Of a stretch of 64,000 nt of DNA, positions 41,551 through 50,860 are shown in pieces. The notes under the pieces were generated by a model. The model saw nothing but the letters and a program-made list of their open reading frames with translations. It was not told the origin of the DNA and did not search any database. The translations under genes were made by a program, and so were the position numbers. The stretch's first letter is position 1. Every line of letters starts with the position of its first letter. This DNA comes from an uncultured Bacteroidales bacterium (lineage in GTDB: Bacteria; Bacteroidota; Bacteroidia; Bacteroidales; Muribaculaceae), in NCBI GenBank assembly GCA_965143025.1, contig CBCSTG010000006.1, positions 24,475-88,474 of the forward strand. Reading direction: 5' to 3'.

Positions 41551-42114
41551 ATGGCCGACATAGACCAACAAGTGCGAGATGTCTTCAGACACATACTGAA
41601 GGACATCGGAAAAGATCTTGGCGACGAGTTCGACCAGAACTTCGAGCGAGAGGCGTTCTTCTCACAGGCTTGGCAGCGCCGCAAGAGTCCTACCCGTCCG
41701 GGAGGCCATATTCTCGTTGACAGTAGCGACCTTCGCCGAAGCATAAGGAGTGAGACGCGCGATAGCAGCATAGTCTTCCTGACCGACCATCCGGCAGCTG
41801 CCATTCATAATGAAGGAGGCGAAATAACAGTAACCGCAAAAATGAAACGTTTCTTTTGGGCCAAATACAAAGAGACAACCGGCTCCTTCGGTCGCAGAAA
41901 AGACGGGACGCTGCGCAAAGACAAACGGACCATCCAACTTACCGACGAGGCTTCTTTCTGGAAGGCCATGGCACTTATGAAACCCGGTAGCAAAATACGA
42001 ATACCGCAGCGTAAATTCCTCGGCATGGCGCCGGAGGTCGAGACGACAGTTCGCCGGATTATAGAAGACAACTTAAACGAATATGTAAACAATATAGACT
42101 TTAATATCAAATGA
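41551..42114 (+). CDS. Hypothetical phage protein (weak resemblance to virion morphogenesis proteins)
   Basis: 187-aa ORF. Confidence 0.35.
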   Translation: MADIDQQVRDVFRHILKDIGKDLGDEFDQNFEREAFFSQAWQRRKSPTRPGGHILVDSSDLRRSIRSETRDSSIVFLTDHPAAAIHNEGGEITVTAKMKRFFWAKYKETTGSFGRRKDGTLRKDKRTIQLTDEASFWKAMALMKPGSKIRIPQRKFLGMAPEVETTVRRIIEDNLNEYVNNIDFNIK

Positions 42115-42152
42115 CAGCAATAATAATAACGTCAATCATCTGTGCAACGTAG

Positions 42153-42356
42153 GTGATCATGTTGTATATGATGCATGTTTACCCGAGAACTCTACGTAAG
42201 TATAAGTTACGTTGCGCCCAACTGAGAGCGGAACTGGATAAACTAAAAAAAGAGTATGACGGACATTTAGACGATTACACTGACTGGTTTTTGTCAATGC
42301 AGAAAAGGCTGGATGAATTAGCAAATATTGTTTTCGATAAAATTGATGAAACATGA
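42153..42356 (+). CDS. Hypothetical small protein
   Basis: 67 aa; overlaps the next gene by 4 bp. Confidence 0.3.
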   Translation: MIMLYMMHVYPRTLRKYKLRCAQLRAELDKLKKEYDGHLDDYTDWFLSMQKRLDELANIVFDKIDET

Positions 42357-42832
42357 GAGAAGAATTATACCGCAAACTGAAATCTCGGCTTGAGACACTT
42401 TGTGTAAATGCAGCCGGCGAATACTATGAGAGACCGGATGACGTCGCCGCAGATGATGAGCTTTACCCTCGAGCTATAAAATACATAGACCTGTGGAATC
42501 ACAACGTAGAGTTCATCGAGCAGGAGGCCGCATGGGAGCGTCCGGCAGTATTTATAGAGTTCGTTCCGTTCAAATGGGTTGCGATTGTACCGGGAGTCGA
42601 ATATCGGGCCGAGCCCTCAGTCAATCTCCACATAGTTACAGACTGGATGGTACAGGATTCGGACGTACAGCAGTTTCGTTTGCTTGACAAGATACACGAA
42701 CTGCTTGCCGGACTTTCAGGCGATACTTTTATGGAGTTTGATATTGACAGCTCCGCAACCAACCATAATCACGAAGACATTGTCGAAAATATCGAGACAT
42801 ACACCTGCGTTGCATTGCGGCAACTGAAATAA
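42353..42832 (+). CDS. Hypothetical phage protein
   Basis: 159-aa ORF. Confidence 0.4.
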   Translation: MREELYRKLKSRLETLCVNAAGEYYERPDDVAADDELYPRAIKYIDLWNHNVEFIEQEAAWERPAVFIEFVPFKWVAIVPGVEYRAEPSVNLHIVTDWMVQDSDVQQFRLLDKIHELLAGLSGDTFMEFDIDSSATNHNHEDIVENIETYTCVALRQLK

Positions 42833-42867
42833 AACCACACAAACGCGCCGTGTGGCGTCGAAAGAGC

Positions 42868-42905
42868 GAGAGCCGTTACCTTTATCGGGTGACGGCTCTT
42901 TTGTG
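42868..42905. terminator. Bidirectional terminator between convergent genes
   Basis: AGAGCCGTtacctttatcgggtgACGGCTCT followed by TTTTGTG. Confidence 0.5.
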
Positions 42906-42927
42906 ATATACGGGCGAGAAAACGGTC

Positions 42928-43791
42928 TTATGCGGCGTTGTCGGTCGTGAGGTCGGGTGTTGTGAACAGCATAATGTCAGTGTACCGGGCATTGTAGTTC
43001 ATCGACGCTTCAAACTCCCTCCTCTGACAACGGGCGAACGGGTCTCCGAGCGAAGGGTGGCGCCCCATCCACTCGCACAGTTCGACGATGCACGATTTCT
43101 CGGAAGTAAAATATATGAAGTTGTGGCCGGGAAGCACCGACAGGACATCGAGGTAATCGGCAAGTCGCCAATACATACGATATGTTCCGACATCAGTGGA
43201 AAGGTATGGCGGATCAACGAGGAACACGGCCCCCGGTGTGTCTTTGAATCGCTCGAACAGTTCCCGGTAATCACAGGACTCTATCTCAAGCCCGGCGAGA
43301 TAATCCGGGCAGGGAGCATAGTCGCTCTTACGGACATTGTTATACAGTGTCTCGGAGCGCATCTCGTCTATACTTAGTTTATACTTCATGGAGAACATCA
43401 GAGAAGACGAGATAGTGATAAAATCGATATAGCCGGTTTCCCGTTCCTCCTGCTCGAGCAGCCTGAATATCTGCTCACGGGATTCGCCGGTGATTGGCTT
43501 GTGTCGCTCGAAGCGGTCTGAGATAGGGCGTATAAGGGAGAGTAGCCGGTTGGTGCGCTCGATATTGTTGATGCGGTGTCGGTAGTTGTCGAAGTCGTTG
43601 TAGATTACTCTTGATTCCGGGTGGTAATGTTTGGTGATATGGGACAGTAAGCCGGAGCCGCCGAAAAGATCAACAAATACCGTGTCGGCCGGATATTGCT
43701 TTATGACTTCGATAAATTGTTTTGCAAACATCCTTTTTTGACCCACAAACGGAAGCGGAGCTGACAAATAAAGTCTCTTTGATTTGTTCAT
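42928..43791 (-). CDS. Dam-like (alpha-class, D12) N6-adenine DNA methyltransferase
   Basis: Motif I VDLFGGSG near the N-terminus and motif IV LVDPPYLS near residue 190 of 287. Confidence 0.75.
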   Translation of the reverse strand: MNKSKRLYLSAPLPFVGQKRMFAKQFIEVIKQYPADTVFVDLFGGSGLLSHITKHYHPESRVIYNDFDNYRHRINNIERTNRLLSLIRPISDRFERHKPITGESREQIFRLLEQEERETGYIDFITISSSLMFSMKYKLSIDEMRSETLYNNVRKSDYAPCPDYLAGLEIESCDYRELFERFKDTPGAVFLVDPPYLSTDVGTYRMYWRLADYLDVLSVLPGHNFIYFTSEKSCIVELCEWMGRHPSLGDPFARCQRREFEASMNYNARYTDIMLFTTPDLTTDNAA

Positions 43792-44432
43792 ACGTTTAGT
43801 TCAAATTTAACGGCGTCCTCTCCTGCAAGAAGACGTCGAGTATTATCGATATTGTTTTCATATATATGGACATTGCCAAGGAAAAGTGTTATGGATTTCA
43901 ACGGCAGATCTATCTGTCGTGCCATCAGATAGAGGTGATATATGTCGGCCGGCAACCCGAGATTTGCATCCGAGCTGCGCTGATAGGCACTAATGACGAG
44001 TTCACCCCGGTCTATCTGAAACTGGACGAGTGACAGACACGGTGCCTGATTTGTCTCGGCCTCGGTCGCACCAAGGAACAGGACATAATTTTTAGAGCTG
44101 CGGCGCTCGGCATTTATCCGGGCGATTAAAGGCGGCAATTTTTCAAAATAAGTTGGATAGCTATTGACAAGTATTGCGCCGCAGTAGTCCCACCAGTTGA
44201 TGCCTGCCTCTCGGTATTTTTCAACAGACCTTTCACCGCTCATGAAGAGCTTCAGTTCAGAGCGCAGCTTCTTTCGGGCGATGCCATGCCCTTCGAAAAT
44301 GTCGAGCAGGTCGGCCGGCGTAAGTGTGAGCTGCTCGTTTATTAGATAGATTATATCGCCTTTGCGATTAGACTGATGTTTCCCTGTGTCGAGAATCCGT
44401 CCGAGAATCTGATGATATTTGTTACGTGCCAT
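43788..44432 (-). CDS. Thymidylate-synthase-family enzyme, short form, with Asn-to-Asp specificity substitution (dCMP hydroxymethylase/methylase-like)
   Basis: Aligns to ThyA: NRKGD for NDRTGTGT, APCLSLVQFQ for APCHAFFQFY (catalytic Cys kept), AYQRSSDANLGLPADI for LYQRSCDVFLGLPFNI (Asp at the ThyA Asn177 position), GNVHIYENN for GDTHLYSNH. 214 aa; its stop overlaps the Dam start (ATGA). Confidence 0.7.
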   Translation of the reverse strand: MARNKYHQILGRILDTGKHQSNRKGDIIYLINEQLTLTPADLLDIFEGHGIARKKLRSELKLFMSGERSVEKYREAGINWWDYCGAILVNSYPTYFEKLPPLIARINAERRSSKNYVLFLGATEAETNQAPCLSLVQFQIDRGELVISAYQRSSDANLGLPADIYHLYLMARQIDLPLKSITLFLGNVHIYENNIDNTRRLLAGEDAVKFELNV

Positions 44433-44511
44433 AGATGAGATACATAGGTTTGCTGCAAAGGTAGAATGACACCTATGACAGAAGTGTTAATGCTATTTGA
44501 ATTAACCTGCA

Positions 44512-44745
44512 TTAAACGTGCAGTTCTTTTTTGAAACGTGCGATGATGTCATATGTCTTGCGGACAGATATGTTGTGACGCCCGGCACACTTTTCGACGG
44601 CATACGATGTCTTATAGCCCATTCGGATTAGAGTCGTGTAGTCAATATACATTTCAATGTATCTAATATCTGACAACCTTGCTCCGGCATCTTTGATTCT
44701 TGAAATCATCTCCCGGTTTAAATAGAGTATTTCAAATAATGTCAT
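44512..44745 (-). CDS. Small Mor/C-like putative transcription activator
   Basis: 77 aa with a C-terminal HTH-like GRHNISVRKTYDIIARF; first gene of the leftward operon with the TS-like and Dam-like genes. Confidence 0.35.
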   Translation of the reverse strand: MTLFEILYLNREMISRIKDAGARLSDIRYIEMYIDYTTLIRMGYKTSYAVEKCAGRHNISVRKTYDIIARFKKELHV

Positions 44746-44771
44746 ATCAGGATTATTTGTTACTTTTGTAT

Positions 44772-44889
44772 CGTCTCACTTATAAAACACGCGCATCTGT
44801 GGCGCATAAAGAATCCGTATCGGGTCGAAAGGGCATAGTGCCCCCGGCTGACTCCGATACGGATTCATGTGTTTTTAGAAAGTGAGACG
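44772..44889. promoter_or_regulatory. Nested inverted-repeat structured region in a divergent intergenic gap
   Basis: Outer CGTCTCACTT / AAGTGAGACG (10 bp), inner GAATCCGTATCGG / CCGATACGGATTC (13 bp), innermost GGGCAtagtGCCC; also GGGGGC...GCCCCC at 44905-44928. Confidence 0.5.
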
Positions 44890-44981
44890 TCTAAATAACC
44901 GGCCGGGGGCATTTTTATGTCCGCCCCCGATGGGACTCCCCCTTTGAGACTGCAGATTTACTCATAATTTGGCGTTCAGCA

Positions 44982-45371
44982 GTGAATGTGGTAATTTTGC
45001 AGTCTAACTACACTCCAATGAATAACGAAGAATTTAACAGAACACGTTTGGATATGGTGCTTGAAATGTTCGACAAGAGTTCTGCCGGAGCGATTGAAAA
45101 ATCGGTATTATTCTCCGTCTCACCGGGCGGCACATTACCACCCGATTATGACAAAGCCCTTCGGCATCTTGTGACTGAAGGCTGTCTTGAGGAGAATAAA
45201 CACGGCTTTGCAATAACTTATAAAGGACGGGCGATATTCCACGAAGGCGGCTTTGTCGGCAAGTACCGCAGAGAGGTGCGAGGGCGCAGACTGGAGCATA
45301 TCGGCATAATTACGGGGATTGTCTGCGGCGTTGCCGGTCTGATTCTCTCGATAATAGCACTCGTTAAGTAG
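44982..45371 (+). CDS. Hypothetical tail-anchored membrane protein
   Basis: 129 aa with a single C-terminal TM helix (IITGIVCGVAGLILSIIALV). Confidence 0.4.
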   Translation: MNVVILQSNYTPMNNEEFNRTRLDMVLEMFDKSSAGAIEKSVLFSVSPGGTLPPDYDKALRHLVTEGCLEENKHGFAITYKGRAIFHEGGFVGKYRREVRGRRLEHIGIITGIVCGVAGLILSIIALVK

Positions 45372-45570
45372 AGATACGGCCACACAGTGGGAATTCCACT
45401 GCCTGTCGGTCAGTCCATTTTCGGGTCGTTTTTGAGGTTTCTTTGCCATAAACTTTTGTATGTCAGAAATTGTTTGTATTTTTGTGAATACAAAATCGAC
45501 TTTTCAAGTTACCCTTCGTCCACGTACCAAGTGAGACACACGAGGGAGGTGACGGAAAAGTCGTTTTTTT

Positions 45571-46848
45571 TTATCTCTTATAGACTCGTAGAATGTGAAG
45601 ATACATACCGTCATTATTACATTTTACCTTCATTTCTACACGGTAGCAGTCATCAACAAAGTCATAAACTTTAAAATAGGCATCAGGATGATCTTTACTT
45701 TTCTCTTCCCGGATAAAGATAGATTTATTGATGAGATTGTGAGCCTTACGGGCGTATTCCAGTTTTAATGGGTATAATGAATCATTCTGATATTTATTTT
45801 TGGTTTCCTCATAAAAAGATTTTTTGATAACAATTGTTTCTCCATCTGGAAGTGCTACTTCAAATCTACGAGCTGTAAATTTGCCAACATTTACTACAGG
45901 AAGATTTTGTTTATACCACGTATCTAAGCGTTTTTGCGACTCCTTAATTTTTCCTCTGATGGACTCCCCGATATTCCCCTCTTTCGCGATCTGATGAATG
46001 AGTCTACAAGCCTTGCATACCTCATTATCGGGTACGTACGCACGAGCAAGTTTTCTATTGTTCTCGCCTTTTGCTACGGGGCAAGTATTACAGCGGCGTA
46101 TGGTGTACGGATTATAATCCGGCACAGACTTGCCCTCTTTGCCGGCATTAAAGCGAAAGATGCCTTTGGTGTCTCGCCGGAGAGCCTCGTCGCCGAGCCG
46201 CATGGCCTCATCATGGGGCGTTACAGGGTATTTTGATTTGAGTACTTGCACGACATTACACCGGCAGTTCCAGCCGTTCGGTGGATAGAACTCCTCCCAG
46301 AACGAGTCTGACATCGGCAGGGTGACACGGTCGAGCGCGGCATGTTCCGGACGTACCTTATCGTCGCGCTGGGTGCGATACTGGAGATTATAGCGGTCGC
46401 CATCCTCCATGAACGACTCCCATCGCGCTGCCATCTGCGCCGAGGCATTGACAAAATTATACTCGGCGCGCAGATAGTTTACGTTGTAAGTGTTGTCGAT
46501 TTTTCTAACGTCATTCAAAAAACGTTCAAACGACTTTCTTTCGCCGTTCTCATCGATGAGAGACGGGAAGGCCTCATGCAGCTCGTGAAAGGCCTTCATA
46601 CCCGAAAATATATAATTAGACCGTGTCAGGCGCCGGCGCATGCCGTCCGTCATCTTTACTTTCTCAAAAGAAGAGTCGAGCACAGAGGCATGTGTACCGA
46701 TAAACTCTTGCACCGCAGGATCTGCGACAATTTCGACGCGAAATTCCGCGCCTTTTTCCTTGAACAGCGCATGCATCATCTTCTTAAACAGAGATTCCAG
46801 CCGCTTGCGGACACCATCACCCGGAGAGGCGAGACTATTGATGTCCAA
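45571..46848 (-). CDS. Phage head morphogenesis protein, Mu F / SPP1 gp7 family
   Basis: The RPEHAALDRV motif is typical of the Phage_Mu_F domain; 425 aa; downstream of the portal on the same strand. Confidence 0.7.
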   Translation of the reverse strand: MDINSLASPGDGVRKRLESLFKKMMHALFKEKGAEFRVEIVADPAVQEFIGTHASVLDSSFEKVKMTDGMRRRLTRSNYIFSGMKAFHELHEAFPSLIDENGERKSFERFLNDVRKIDNTYNVNYLRAEYNFVNASAQMAARWESFMEDGDRYNLQYRTQRDDKVRPEHAALDRVTLPMSDSFWEEFYPPNGWNCRCNVVQVLKSKYPVTPHDEAMRLGDEALRRDTKGIFRFNAGKEGKSVPDYNPYTIRRCNTCPVAKGENNRKLARAYVPDNEVCKACRLIHQIAKEGNIGESIRGKIKESQKRLDTWYKQNLPVVNVGKFTARRFEVALPDGETIVIKKSFYEETKNKYQNDSLYPLKLEYARKAHNLINKSIFIREEKSKDHPDAYFKVYDFVDDCYRVEMKVKCNNDGMYLHILRVYKR

Positions 46849-46901
46849 GCCATCAAGTAAGGCGGCATACCGGCGGTGCAGCCCCTCATAGTCAGAGGGG
46901 C

Positions 46902-48191
46902 TCAGTCGAAAAAACTACTTGTCGGGAGGATTGATTGTTGTATAGGCTTTGAGAGAGATAATGTTCCGGGCTCAGACATAGCACTAAGGTTAATACGTTT
47001 GCCGACAGGCATGCCGTATTTGTCCTTGAAGTACGAGGGGTCAACCTCATAACGGTCAGCTATCATGGTCTCGTAGGCCACCTGTTGCTCCGGAGTATAG
47101 TCTACAGCATAATCCCATTCAAAGCGCAAACCCTTGAACGGAAATCCGAGTTTGACCAAACGGGGCAGCAGTTGATTGTTGATGATATCGCGCAGGAAGT
47201 CCTGATCGGCCTCGACAAGATTCTCAAAAACCTTGAGATGGGTCTGAGACTGAGACAGAGATGAGCCGTCTTCGATAGTCATAGTCTGGCCTATGACTAA
47301 CTTCGAGAGCTCAGAGTTGGCTCGATCTATACGTTTGTCATAAACATTGAAAGCATCACCCTTACCTGATTCGACAAACTGTATCTCCGTCTCCATACCG
47401 GTGACCATGCCCAAGTTTGATGCTCCGTCATAAATCATGTTCTCAATGCGCCTGAACTCATTAGGGTCGCGCGTAGTGGTACGGGCAATTCGCATAGGCA
47501 TACCGAATATTTCGGCAAAACAATCCCAGAATGATGATGCATGCTTTTTAGGGATTGTATGAAGGGCAGCCTTTAGCAGAAGACCGAGGTCATCGGAGCG
47601 CCCTGCTTCAATCAGTTTGTCAGACCACGGACGCTCTCGATATTCGATGCCCGACTGCCAGTTTTCTCCGAGACGTCTGATTACACGGCCATACTCTGGG
47701 ATAACGTGTTTACGCGGGATGAGACTGACACTGTCTATAGACGGATGTCCGTCACCGTCTTTAATCACATCACCGAGCTCAATCAGCGAATGGCCATACC
47801 ATATTGCATCAAGGCAATAGCGGCAAAAATCCTTGAACCATGACTGGTCGAGCAGATGGACCGCATCAGTGTCAGCATCACCTTTTGCATTTACTAATTT
47901 AAACGAACGAGACATGACAAAACCCACACGCTGCTGTATACAGCCGGATAAATGCGAATCGGTCAATGCATCGCGGTATATATCGTAAAGCTTTTGCCTG
48001 TTAGGGTTGCGCACATCGATAGCTGACTGCCAAGCATTACGCCAGTTGCCGAGGTCCTGAGCCGTGAAATATTCTGTCGTGCGATGCAAAGAAACAATCA
48101 GAGACGACTGTTTCTTCATTTCACGGCGTAATGCAGTATATTTATCGCCGGCATTTGATTTTGCCGACTGTCTTTTCTTATTTTTTGCCAT
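46902..48191 (-). CDS. Phage portal protein (Mu gp29 / DUF935-like)
   Basis: 429 aa, between TerL and MuF. Confidence 0.6.
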   Translation of the reverse strand: MAKNKKRQSAKSNAGDKYTALRREMKKQSSLIVSLHRTTEYFTAQDLGNWRNAWQSAIDVRNPNRQKLYDIYRDALTDSHLSGCIQQRVGFVMSRSFKLVNAKGDADTDAVHLLDQSWFKDFCRYCLDAIWYGHSLIELGDVIKDGDGHPSIDSVSLIPRKHVIPEYGRVIRRLGENWQSGIEYRERPWSDKLIEAGRSDDLGLLLKAALHTIPKKHASSFWDCFAEIFGMPMRIARTTTRDPNEFRRIENMIYDGASNLGMVTGMETEIQFVESGKGDAFNVYDKRIDRANSELSKLVIGQTMTIEDGSSLSQSQTHLKVFENLVEADQDFLRDIINNQLLPRLVKLGFPFKGLRFEWDYAVDYTPEQQVAYETMIADRYEVDPSYFKDKYGMPVGKRINLSAMSEPGTLSLSKPIQQSILPTSSFFD

Positions 48192-48193
48192 AA

Positions 48194-48610
48194 TTACCAG
48201 TCATGTCTTAGTTTTGGGGCGGAATGAAATGATGTTCCGAAACCTGATGTGCCATCTTCAGCCACCATCCGCGGAAGGTCCGGAACAATCCGGCCCGACT
48301 GAACGCCTTCGAGCCATTTGACGGCACGCTCATACCTTTCTTTGCGAATTTCACTACCCATTTTCTGAGGCTGGGAGGCTGTCAGATGGTAAAGTGCAAT
48401 GTCCGCTGTAAACATCACTATAAGACGGTTTCGGTCGTTGCCCGATGCCGAGAATACTGCATCGGTGTCATATACCGGGCGGAGATAGCCGGCTATTTCC
48501 TCGATAGCCTCGGCCTCTGCATTGGCGATATTCTCCGGAGAGGACTGAGATATAACCTTCAGAGCTGCATCCCCAATAACTACTCGGTAATCATTATTGT
48601 TGATAAACAT
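48194..48610 (-). CDS. Hypothetical phage protein between terminase and portal genes
   Basis: Start at the internal MFINNN, one nt after the TerL stop. Confidence 0.4.
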   Translation of the reverse strand: MFINNNDYRVVIGDAALKVISQSSPENIANAEAEAIEEIAGYLRPVYDTDAVFSASGNDRNRLIVMFTADIALYHLTASQPQKMGSEIRKERYERAVKWLEGVQSGRIVPDLPRMVAEDGTSGFGTSFHSAPKLRHDW

Positions 48611-48611
48611 A

Positions 48612-50180
48612 CTACCATATATTTTTAGGTGAGCGACGCGGGATCGCCACCGGTTTAAAAGTCTCCTGTCTTGTGTTGCGCTGAAGATACCAGATAGCTC
48701 CCTCGTCGGCGTCAGGCGCGTCGTCATGCACACGCGAGCCGCGCTCAAGCGCAAGCGTCTGCTCTATACCCACCTGCATGTCCGTCGAGTCCTTGAGGGC
48801 TTCATTGTAGAATACAAATCCACGCTCCCAAAGAGGAGAAACGGCCTCGATGCGCTGTATTTTTTCCGGTTTCTTTCTGGTATCCGGCAAAATAGGTAAT
48901 TGGTATCCTCTGATATTTCCTTCAGCTGCAAATTCGTCGAGGATGATATCCTGCATAAAATTCGCCTCCATGAAGAAAGATATGGCAACACGGTCACGCG
49001 TGGCCTCATAGAGATTATAGAGCCATCTGACCATTCCGGTCACCGTATCTTGTCGCACATAGCAGTCGATAAGATGCAGTTCGCGACCAATCTTGCCCCA
49101 GAGTCGAGAGGCTTTATAGTCATTGGCTGTCGTCGATTTGAACGATGGGTCGGTGTAGCATACAAGCATATCGTAGTTCTCGAGTTTGGGAAGACGTTTA
49201 AACCGTATCCACTCATGCTTGAATATAGAGCCGTCAGTTATAGGATTGTGCATCATCTCTTTTTCCCATGCTCTGTAACCGACAAAGTCCTTGTATACCT
49301 GAGCCTCCTCTTTAGTCCACTTCTCTGCCCAGACTGGATTGCCATCGCGGTCGACAGCTTTGATTTCTGACACATAGACGCCCTTGGACGAAGCTATATT
49401 TGCAAGAACAGATGTTTTTGAAATAAGGTTGCCAACCATTATAAAGCGGCCACGGCCAACGTCAAGTGCACCGAACAGAGCCTCCTTGACCCAATCGGTA
49501 AGTTCTTTAACTCGCTTCTCGTTGCGGCACAGTTCGTCATCATCGAGGTCGTCAATCACGATATAGTCCGGACGGTCCTCACGGTCGCGGAGGCCACGCG
49601 GCGACTGCCCGCGGCCCACCGCGAGGAATTTTGCGCCACCTTTGGTCTTGAATTCTCCCTCAAGCCAAGATCCGAGATTTTTCTGCTCGCCGAAATCGGC
49701 GATGAGCTTCTGGTTGTATTCCAGTTCTGCCTGAAGGTCGCCGAGCAGACGCACGGCACTGTCCTCCGACTTGCCGACCGTCACCATGAAATTGATAAGC
49801 CTTTTCGGTTGAAAAATCAGCCAAAGAGGGGTGAACACACCGATATGGGTTGACTTGGCATGACCTCGTGGCCATTTGAATACGGCCTTGAGATTGGAAG
49901 TGTTCTTTATCTTGAGAGCAGCCTTTGTGTGGAAAGGAGCATTGTGTATCGTCTTGATAACCTCGCCGGTTGTCTTGTCGCGCAATGTAAGGAAATGTGC
50001 GAAGTAATACTCGCAGAACTCGTCATAGTTCGAGAGCAGCCGCTTTATGCGCCTGTCGCGTTCGACCGGGGTCTCTTTGGCGATAGCCATAGACACAGCC
50101 GTCAACGTCTGAACTTCCCGGCAATGTTCCTGCCACCGTTCAAACGCCTCCTTCTGCTCTTTTGTCCATTTAGTCGCCAT
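48612..50180 (-). CDS. Terminase large subunit
   Basis: 522 aa; the ATPase region WPRGHAKST plus a C-terminal nuclease domain; downstream of TerS. Confidence 0.7.
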   Translation of the reverse strand: MATKWTKEQKEAFERWQEHCREVQTLTAVSMAIAKETPVERDRRIKRLLSNYDEFCEYYFAHFLTLRDKTTGEVIKTIHNAPFHTKAALKIKNTSNLKAVFKWPRGHAKSTHIGVFTPLWLIFQPKRLINFMVTVGKSEDSAVRLLGDLQAELEYNQKLIADFGEQKNLGSWLEGEFKTKGGAKFLAVGRGQSPRGLRDREDRPDYIVIDDLDDDELCRNEKRVKELTDWVKEALFGALDVGRGRFIMVGNLISKTSVLANIASSKGVYVSEIKAVDRDGNPVWAEKWTKEEAQVYKDFVGYRAWEKEMMHNPITDGSIFKHEWIRFKRLPKLENYDMLVCYTDPSFKSTTANDYKASRLWGKIGRELHLIDCYVRQDTVTGMVRWLYNLYEATRDRVAISFFMEANFMQDIILDEFAAEGNIRGYQLPILPDTRKKPEKIQRIEAVSPLWERGFVFYNEALKDSTDMQVGIEQTLALERGSRVHDDAPDADEGAIWYLQRNTRQETFKPVAIPRRSPKNIW

Positions 50181-50658
50181 AGCAAACGAGTGTTCCCTTG
50201 TTGAAAGACTCTATGAGGAACCCGTCCTGCAACCTGTTTACTGTCTTTATAAGTTCAAGTGTGATTTCCGGGTCTGTCTTTGCCCGGAATTCAAGATATT
50301 TCGAGAAAGCGGTGAATACCTCGATTGCCGCCACGACATTTGCTTGAGATTTGTCAAGTTTATCAATGGCGGCTGTCAGTTTGGACAACTTGTCTCCGAG
50401 ACTGTCGATAAGGTTGAGGTCGCTGGAGGCGTTCACTTTGTCAAGAAGAGTGTTTGTGGCAAGCAGCAGCTTCTTGATCAGCTCCGGGCGCGATATTGTT
50501 TTTGCCGCACGGGTTTCCTTCCATCCGTCTGCGGTACACCATTTCGATATAGTTACCCTCGATACGCCGACCATGTCCGCAATATCGGTCTGCTCTTTCC
50601 CGGACATATACAAAGTACGGGCAAGGTCTTTTTTTCTTTCGAGTTCTGCTTTTGTCAT
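50170..50658 (-). CDS. Terminase small subunit (HTH)
   Basis: 162 aa; N-terminal HTH (EQTDIADMVGVSRVTISKW) and a coiled-coil C-terminus; overlaps TerL by 11 bp. Confidence 0.55.
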   Translation of the reverse strand: MTKAELERKKDLARTLYMSGKEQTDIADMVGVSRVTISKWCTADGWKETRAAKTISRPELIKKLLLATNTLLDKVNASSDLNLIDSLGDKLSKLTAAIDKLDKSQANVVAAIEVFTAFSKYLEFRAKTDPEITLELIKTVNRLQDGFLIESFNKGTLVCYGD

Positions 50659-50659
50659 G

Positions 50660-50860
50660 TTGAGAATGATTTTGCGCGGTTATGCTATTGCCTGAACTAA
50701 AAGCCGGCAAAAACACTGCAAAATTGTAATGTTATCGGCCTCGAGCAAAGAAAGTATGCAATGATTGCATACAAGTGTGCAACCATTGCACAGTTTCTTG
50801 GAGTGGAGGCGATTATGATTCAAATTTGTGTCGACAATTGATTAATTCATTATCGCAAAA
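50660..50860. promoter_or_regulatory. Divergent late promoter region with TTGCA-containing palindromes
   Basis: TATGCAATgaTTGCATA and TGCAAccaTTGCA lie between the leftward packaging operon and the rightward head operon. Confidence 0.4.

Noticed and set aside
41690-41878. ORF with PDGRSG peptide resembling the MITE-derived ORFs
   Set aside because: The DNA is not similar to the repeat element; the peptide similarity is coincidental, and the ORF is antisense within a + strand phage gene.
45135-45449. 104-aa - strand ORF next to MuF
   Set aside because: It overlaps the + strand membrane-protein gene 44982..45371 and has no clear start context, so it was not called.
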